IMG/VR virus record: IMGVR_UViG_3300031823_000003
Location: 1-64,000 of that record
DNA length: 64,000 nucleotides
Origin: a virus
Direction: 5' to 3' (one strand)
Shown here in pieces: positions 58,369 through 64,000 of the stretch; the first letter of the stretch is position 1, and each line of letters begins with the position of its first letter. The notes beneath the pieces were generated by a model. That model was not told the DNA's origin. It searched no databases and saw nothing but the letters and a program-made list of their open reading frames with translations. The translations under genes were made by a program, and so were the position numbers.

Positions 58369-58617
58369 TCAGTTTTTCCCCGACCGTGGACCTGCCGTGC
58401 GCCCATCCCATCCTTGCGGATACCCGGACTTCTGATCGACGCTGACAGGACTCGCTGGCCATACGCCGCTATCCTTTTTGCGGTGCCCGAACATGTGCAT
58501 GGTGCCGCCGCCGATCGCTACCTCGCCGGGTGCGCCGCCGAAGGACTCTTCGCGCGATCCCATAGGCGGGTGTTTGGCGACTTCCTTGTTTTTGCCGGAC
58601 GATTTACGCTCTGCCAT
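58369..58617 (-). CDS. Hypothetical protein
   Basis: GGAGG RBS. Confidence 0.55.
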   Translation of the reverse strand: MAERKSSGKNKEVAKHPPMGSREESFGGAPGEVAIGGGTMHMFGHRKKDSGVWPASPVSVDQKSGYPQGWDGRTAGPRSGKN

Positions 58618-58760
58618 GACGACTGCCTCCGTGATGCCTGCCGATACACTGATATATCGTGTAGCGATGTAACTGTGATTGCGGGACAGAACACAATTTA
58701 TACTGCAACTGCGCTCCGTCCCGCGTATGGATTAGGTTTCGGAGTTAATTGTGTCGGTGA

Positions 58761-58820
58761 TTACCGCTTGCCCCGGCGTCCGCCGTGGCGCTTTTTGCCG
58801 CGCTTTCCTCTACGAGCCAT
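58761..58820 (-). CDS. 19-aa protamine-like basic peptide MARRGKRGKKRHGGRRGKR
   Basis: AAAGGAGAA RBS just before the ATG; TAA stop; below the ORF-track length cutoff. Confidence 0.75.
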   Translation of the reverse strand: MARRGKRGKKRHGGRRGKR

Positions 58821-58973
58821 GAGCGTTCTCCTTTCGATGGATTCAGAACGGGTCGCATTGCATTGGCCCGTGGAGAGGATCGCAGGCATAACGTACCGAC
58901 TCTCCTAGAGGAAAATTGACACACACAGGAAAGTTACTGCAACAACCTTGCGGAGAATAGTTTTAGAGCAGAG

Positions 58974-59231
58974 CTAGTCCCAGTCGGGTATTTCTACAGT
59001 CTGGACCGCGAGAGAGTGATAGCAGTCAGACAGGAATTGTATCTTTCCGTCGGTGATGTGCGAGTGGCAATGCGATTTTGGATCGTGCCTGTTACAGTCA
59101 AGAGACGGCGTAAACGTTGGCTTTTCCATTGATCCGTTCCACGACCAGCGCGGGACGGCGACTGCGTGGCCACACTCGCAGCCGGGACAATGGAATACAT
59201 AGTTGGTGTTGCCGCGACCGTCCGGTCCCAT
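58974..59231 (-). CDS. DUF6527-like Zn-binding protein
   Basis: FHCPGC..GH....W.WNG...PTFTPS....CHS.ITDG.IQF..DC.H.L. Confidence 0.75.
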   Translation of the reverse strand: MGPDGRGNTNYVFHCPGCECGHAVAVPRWSWNGSMEKPTFTPSLDCNRHDPKSHCHSHITDGKIQFLSDCYHSLAVQTVEIPDWD

Positions 59232-59269
59232 GTTGTGGAGCTTGACGCCCGTATGCCGTCCCTTATCTA

Positions 59270-59533
59270 TTATCTATGGCGATCAATCAATTGCTGTTCC
59301 AGTTCCGGACCCATAAGACTATGAAGACGATCAATATGATTGTCGTGTAGGGCAATAATCGGAGCGCTATCGGGGTCAACGTCGCGTAATAATTTGCCAT
59401 CATCGTCCCTAGCCCACACGCTGGTTATCGTATTGATGAAAACCACCAAGTCGCCGTCTATTTTATTGTGAAGCCACACTTCACCTTCAGGTACGTTTTT
59501 ACTAAAGCTAAAAATTATACCCATATCATTCAC
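59270..59533 (-). CDS. Hypothetical protein
   Basis: AGGAG RBS; AT-richer. Confidence 0.5.
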   Translation of the reverse strand: MNDMGIIFSFSKNVPEGEVWLHNKIDGDLVVFINTITSVWARDDDGKLLRDVDPDSAPIIALHDNHIDRLHSLMGPELEQQLIDRHR

Positions 59534-59551
59534 TCTCCTATTCGCTACCGC

Positions 59552-61429
59552 CTATTTTTTATGCTGTCCTTTGCCTGTGGCGGCGGCATTCAAAGCCCCT
59601 AGAGCCAGTTTTATTTTTGCCTCTTCGATCAACTCTTCCCGATTACGTTTGAAATCAAAGTTGGGATCTAACCTTCTCATCAACTCTTGACTGCTAATAT
59701 CTCCCTGTTTCCGCAGAGCCATTGCAATCGGAATCTTATTCTCGCGCTGAATCGCCAGCGTCGAATCGGGACGGATCACGAATGAGTACCTGCGCACAAA
59801 TTCCTCTGGCTTCATGCCGGAGTCTCTGTTCCATGCCTGCCCATACAATGGCCGATAGTCGCTCATGCTGATGCCGCGTGCGCCGAGTATTGCTACTCTG
59901 TGAGCAACTGAGTAAAACTGCAACATGTCGGCCACGCCCATAGAGCCGACTTCTTCGACAAAACTAGTAAGCGCGCGCGACTGAATCCTAATCGGAAGAG
60001 ACCGCGATGACAGGATCATCTCCAGCGCGTCGCCACCGGGGACCTGTTTCTTGTTCAATGCCTGTCCGATCGCGCTGGCACCGGATGACATGTCCAGTTC
60101 CTTACTGATGAGATCGATGGACTGCATCGCCGGAGCGAATGGAAATTCAGCGCGTTTGGCGAACTCGGGTGCTTTCGGCGCATTGTTGTTGTAGGCGATC
60201 TTTCCGCCAGCCGCTCCCGGATCGAGAGACTCCCAATCTCCTTTGGGAAATGCTCCCTTGGGTCCGATCAGGGTAGGCTCATTGATCGAATACAGACTAT
60301 CCAGTGAGCCTCCCAATATTTTGTTGATGACTTGGTTCATCTGCACCCAGCTACGAACACTGCTGTCTCCCGACATCTTCCAAGGCAGGCGATACGGACG
60401 GTAGACGGGAAATGGTTTGCGGGCGTGCCAGTACGGATTGCACTGATCTTCTAACAGTGCTCCACCGGCGGTGCACATGACTCGGCCACGCGGATATAGT
60501 CGTTCGCCGGGTTCCACGCGATAAGCCCAGTTGACCAGCGGTTCCCCGCTGCTGTCGGACGGGCCGACGGTAACTGTATATGACCTGTCGTTGGTACTAT
60601 CATCATTGAGCCAATATTCTTTTAGCAGCGCAATAGGATATGGATTATCGCTGCCCGCTGATGAGCGCACGCCTAACTTTTTTCGGAGAGTTTGACTCAT
60701 CCCCGCCCACGATGCTGCGCTGATACTAGATGGGCGGTTGAAATTACCGCTGAGCGCGGAACCAAAGTCAGCGTCACATTCGACCCGCTCAGCGGTCTTG
60801 CCAAATCTACGGATCAAATGGTCTTTGGTAACCGCGTGATAATAAATTATGCACTCAGCGTCCTGAGGGTCGCCGCCGCATCCGAGTGTCGCCCACTGCC
60901 ACGGTGCGATAGGAACGAGTTGTACATCACCCATGCCGCCGTTCAGGGATGAGTTCCATTGCAACTTGGCAGGCCCGGTATGCAGGAGTCCATACAGTAC
61001 GCAGTCGTAGGTACGATCCTCGAAGTAGTTTTTTTCAGCCCAATGCACACACAGAGCATTGAGGATATCCTCGAACTCGGAATGCTGGCCTTCGTGGTCG
61101 AAGGATTTGATCTGGAAATCCAGAGCGAGATCAGTAAGCAAGGAGACGGATTCGTAGAAGTGGCGGCGGGCTTTATTCAGGACGGGCTTGTTCCTGGCAA
61201 ACCGGGACTTTTCCGCCCACTGGCGGCCATCGAAGATGAACTCGACGAGACGGAGCGTATCCCTGATTTCCTTTTCGTAATCCGGGTCTTGGGTGGCGGT
61301 CTCAAAAAGTTTATCGGTGAACTCGATGACCTGGCGCTCTAGAAGTAGTGCCTGACCGGGAGAGAGACGCGGCGCGGGAGGAGTCTCGGTGATGACCGGA
61401 GTGGTAGGCGCGATAGTCGTGGCAGCCAC
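59552..61429 (-). CDS. Portal protein (P22 gp1-like)
   Basis: 625 aa; F.G.QW...PVLN; NPYWH..KPF; Q..INK; lies between terminase and capsid. Confidence 0.85.
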   Translation of the reverse strand: MAATTIAPTTPVITETPPAPRLSPGQALLLERQVIEFTDKLFETATQDPDYEKEIRDTLRLVEFIFDGRQWAEKSRFARNKPVLNKARRHFYESVSLLTDLALDFQIKSFDHEGQHSEFEDILNALCVHWAEKNYFEDRTYDCVLYGLLHTGPAKLQWNSSLNGGMGDVQLVPIAPWQWATLGCGGDPQDAECIIYYHAVTKDHLIRRFGKTAERVECDADFGSALSGNFNRPSSISAASWAGMSQTLRKKLGVRSSAGSDNPYPIALLKEYWLNDDSTNDRSYTVTVGPSDSSGEPLVNWAYRVEPGERLYPRGRVMCTAGGALLEDQCNPYWHARKPFPVYRPYRLPWKMSGDSSVRSWVQMNQVINKILGGSLDSLYSINEPTLIGPKGAFPKGDWESLDPGAAGGKIAYNNNAPKAPEFAKRAEFPFAPAMQSIDLISKELDMSSGASAIGQALNKKQVPGGDALEMILSSRSLPIRIQSRALTSFVEEVGSMGVADMLQFYSVAHRVAILGARGISMSDYRPLYGQAWNRDSGMKPEEFVRRYSFVIRPDSTLAIQRENKIPIAMALRKQGDISSQELMRRLDPNFDFKRNREELIEEAKIKLALGALNAAATGKGQHKK

Positions 61430-61470
61430 GATAGAATATTAACAGACAACACAAACAGTTCCGCTATTCG

Positions 61471-61980
61471 CTATTGCTGACCAACTCCAGCGGCGCGGAA
61501 CACGGATTCATATTTCTCGATCTGTGCGCGGAGCTGCCTGTTCTCGGCCTCGGTATTATCTATGGCTTCGAGAGCGGCGACAATCTGAGCACCGTTGTTC
61601 AGACCGCGTTTCTTTAATTTATCAACGTCAGGGCCGCTCATAATGAGCACGCTGCCATCGGCAAGTGAAGACAGCAGTACGTCCGTTGTGGCAATGAGCC
61701 TGCCCCGGTACTTGGTTTCTAGTATTTGTTTTACGCGCGGGTGCAGCCATACGGTCATTTTTACGGATGTGACCGGAGGCTGCTCGTTCAGCGGCATGGG
61801 GATCATTCTTGCGCCCCGCGCCACGGCTTCGGCGACTGACGAATACTGATGCGAAAATGGACATTTACAGATATGCATATCGCGGATGAGCGGCACATTG
61901 GGAGTACCGTTGGCATCACACATCGGGCAGTAAAGCTGGGCTTGGGACTGGTCAATAGGTGGGATTAGGTTAGTCGCCAT
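61471..61980 (-). CDS. Zn-ribbon hypothetical protein
   Basis: CPMC...CPFSH; AGGAGG RBS. Confidence 0.65.
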   Translation of the reverse strand: MATNLIPPIDQSQAQLYCPMCDANGTPNVPLIRDMHICKCPFSHQYSSVAEAVARGARMIPMPLNEQPPVTSVKMTVWLHPRVKQILETKYRGRLIATTDVLLSSLADGSVLIMSGPDVDKLKKRGLNNGAQIVAALEAIDNTEAENRQLRAQIEKYESVFRAAGVGQQ

Positions 61981-62368
61981 GATGCGCGGATACCTCCTGT
62001 GTCGATCTCAGCATTGCGTATGCGAACTCGCCGCGATTCAGCTTGAAATTAAGATAACATTTATTGGCTGTGACACTCTCTACGAACGGGATGAATATGT
62101 CCACACCATCATCGGTTGTGACTTCACTCAGGCTGCCCAATATCAAAGCGGCTATTTGTGCCGGTGAACGTTTCAGTAATTTAGCCAGCTTCATTGCAAT
62201 CGTGGACGACAGGTCAGCGTCAACACCAGCGGACTTACCAATGAATACCAGCGGCACACCCTCGTCGTCCGGCAGATCAGCCAAGTGTTCAGGGAACTTG
62301 TGATACATCGCCGCCATCACCGCATAACGGATGCCGGATATAGCGATAGTCAGCGGATCGGTAATCAT
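61970..62368 (-). CDS. Stand-alone arginyl-tRNA synthetase N-terminal (Add-1)-like domain
   Basis: ADLSSTIAMKLAKLLKRSPAQIA..I....VESV.....YLNFKL matches the ArgRS N-domain consensus. Confidence 0.75.
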   Translation of the reverse strand: MITDPLTIAISGIRYAVMAAMYHKFPEHLADLPDDEGVPLVFIGKSAGVDADLSSTIAMKLAKLLKRSPAQIAALILGSLSEVTTDDGVDIFIPFVESVTANKCYLNFKLNRGEFAYAMLRSTQEVSAHHGD

Positions 62369-62703
62369 TATTTCCCCTTACCCTTCCGCTTCTGCATCAG
62401 ATCGTTCCACTCGTTTATCTCATCGGCGGACCAGTCGGGCGCTAAGTTTGACCACATGAAAACGCAATCACACCAGATGAACGAGGCATAACCCAAAGCA
62501 GCAATCTCTGGAATAAATTCCATTGTTCTATCATGTGTTTGAAGTGATGCCCAGACACGCTCGTAATCAGGACGAGATAAGGTAATCACCTTGTGCGATT
62601 GACCATTAACGGTGACTATAGATGGTACGCCATCGTTTGGAGGATATACCTTGTAGATAGCTTCATGCAGGAAGCTGACCGTGTCTACGGCTCTCACAGT
62701 CAT
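62368..62703 (-). CDS. Hypothetical protein
   Basis: Coupled to the terminase stop. Confidence 0.55.
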   Translation of the reverse strand: MTVRAVDTVSFLHEAIYKVYPPNDGVPSIVTVNGQSHKVITLSRPDYERVWASLQTHDRTMEFIPEIAALGYASFIWCDCVFMWSNLAPDWSADEINEWNDLMQKRKGKGK

Positions 62704-64000
62704 TCATCCTCCGCGCTATCACCACCCGTGCTCACGAACTCTCCCATCTCTCCCGGTGTCCGCCCGCCGTTCTTCCGGTACATCTCTTGGTATGCGTGCA
62801 CCAGATCAGGGTGCATCTGCTTGGGTTCGACACCATGATCGGCGTACAATTCGTGCTCAGGACCGGAGCCTTTGTCCCAGATAGGCGACCAGACTGTGTT
62901 GGCTCGTGTGACCGGTATCCCGCGCACCGTCCACGGCAGTTTCATTTTATGCTTGAGTTCAAGATCGGCGATAACCTTTTTTCCCGCGTCCTCGGTGGCG
63001 CATTGATCCACTAGCACCCCGTGTATGTTATATATGCCCCAAACTGTAGGCGTACTGGGCATGAGAGTGGCGCGGTCGCCACGGGCGGCCAAGTGTTCTT
63101 CCGCCCAGTTAGCGCCGCCTTTACCAGCCTGATGAGAAGCGGCAATAGCGATACAGGCACTCATTACCATGTCGTCGTTGTTGCTGATACCCTCGGCGCG
63201 TCCTTCCCCCTCGTATCGACCGAAGTCCCGCATTTCTGATATTGTGTGTTTATCCCGAATGACGATCGTGTTGTCGAGTAACGCTTCGGACATCCGGTTA
63301 ATCATGTCTTCGCGGGTGCGGTATGTAGTCATCCAGTGCAGATGTAGAGTTGATTGTCCACTAACCTTATCGAGATGCTTCCATCTATACAAGTTTGGAA
63401 AATCCAGCGGCCCCTTGAGTTCATCGCCGGTGGTCACTCCCGCCTGCTGGTACTCGACTGCGACTTCCGCTGTGTGATACCAGTACCCAAGCGCGGCTAT
63501 CACGCGGGCGAAATGGGACGGGTTGATCTTGCCGTGCCAGTTGGCGACTTGAACCCAAGATTCTTTGCCGAATCCCAAACGGAACACATCACAAGATGAG
63601 AAATCCTTAGCGGTACCTGATGCGGCATCTACGGCTATGTAATATTCGGTAGACGTGTCGAGATCGTCGGGAAATTCCCATATCCATAGGCGGTTGATGT
63701 TATCCGGTTTTTCGAGCAGTTCCTCCGGCAGCGGCGGGTGCAGATGCAATATCGGCATCGCCTCCGGACCTGCGTACTCCAGTTCGCCGATCTGGATAGG
63801 GTCTTTACAATTGGATTTTTCCTGTTCGGCCAGACACATGCGTGGGAACGCGCACAGGCCGGAAGATATAAACGCCTCGCCGGGAGTGGATGGGTATGAC
63901 TCTTGGTATTTGTACAGCCCTTCCATTGAGCGGGCATTGTTGATATAGGCTTTAATCTTACGGCGCTGCCAGTTGAAGAATCCAAGAGGAATGGAAAATT
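62700..64000 (-). CDS. terL: Terminase large subunit, C-terminal nuclease part (5' end beyond the window)
   Basis: QESYPSTPGEAFISSG; YYIAVDAASG..DFS; VAVE; NDDMVMS. Frame stays open to the window edge. Confidence 0.88.
   Translation of the reverse strand, partial: FSIPLGFFNWQRRKIKAYINNARSMEGLYKYQESYPSTPGEAFISSGLCAFPRMCLAEQEKSNCKDPIQIGELEYAGPEAMPILHLHPPLPEELLEKPDNINRLWIWEFPDDLDTSTEYYIAVDAASGTAKDFSSCDVFRLGFGKESWVQVANWHGKINPSHFARVIAALGYWYHTAEVAVEYQQAGVTTGDELKGPLDFPNLYRWKHLDKVSGQSTLHLHWMTTYRTREDMINRMSEALLDNTIVIRDKHTISEMRDFGRYEGEGRAEGISNNDDMVMSACIAIAASHQAGKGGANWAEEHLAARGDRATLMPSTPTVWGIYNIHGVLVDQCATEDAGKKVIADLELKHKMKLPWTVRGIPVTRANTVWSPIWDKGSGPEHELYADHGVEPKQMHPDLVHAYQEMYRKNGGRTPGEMGEFVSTGGDSAEDE

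Noticed and set aside
1-64000. tRNA genes, integrase, DGR reverse transcriptase or other cas genes
   Set aside because: None was recognised by eye; a tRNAscan and HMM search would be needed to exclude them formally.

Overview
This window is a 64-kb segment of a tailed dsDNA bacteriophage genome. It is probably podovirus-like, since it has putative ejection proteins and tail-tubular/adaptor genes but no tape measure or sheath. The left ~9.7 kb (+ strand) holds a UDG-fused family A DNA polymerase, DUF1643, HNH, AbrB and XRE regulators, and accessory genes. The rest is mostly one minus-strand late region: terminase large subunit (partial), portal, scaffold, major capsid, adaptors, a large block of signal-peptide-bearing Cys/Thr/Gly-rich fibre- or adhesin-like proteins, ejection proteins and an M15 endolysin. 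The standout feature is a ~1.45-kb cassette (8280-9728). It contains a solo Cas7/RAMP-like gene and a small HTH gene, interleaved with three non-coding arrays of strictly phased 5-nt units. Each unit is a conserved G-Y-Y triplet plus a variable NN dinucleotide (17, 27 and 44 units). This looks like a non-CRISPR, repeat-programmed RNA-guided system. Other notable items are an ACP + GNAT pair just upstream of an N-terminal-Gly ejection protein, a 19-aa protamine-like peptide, a stand-alone ArgRS N-terminal domain, and a recurring TANNNT-N6-start (leaderless) gene architecture. All family calls come from recognising motifs by eye; no database search was run.
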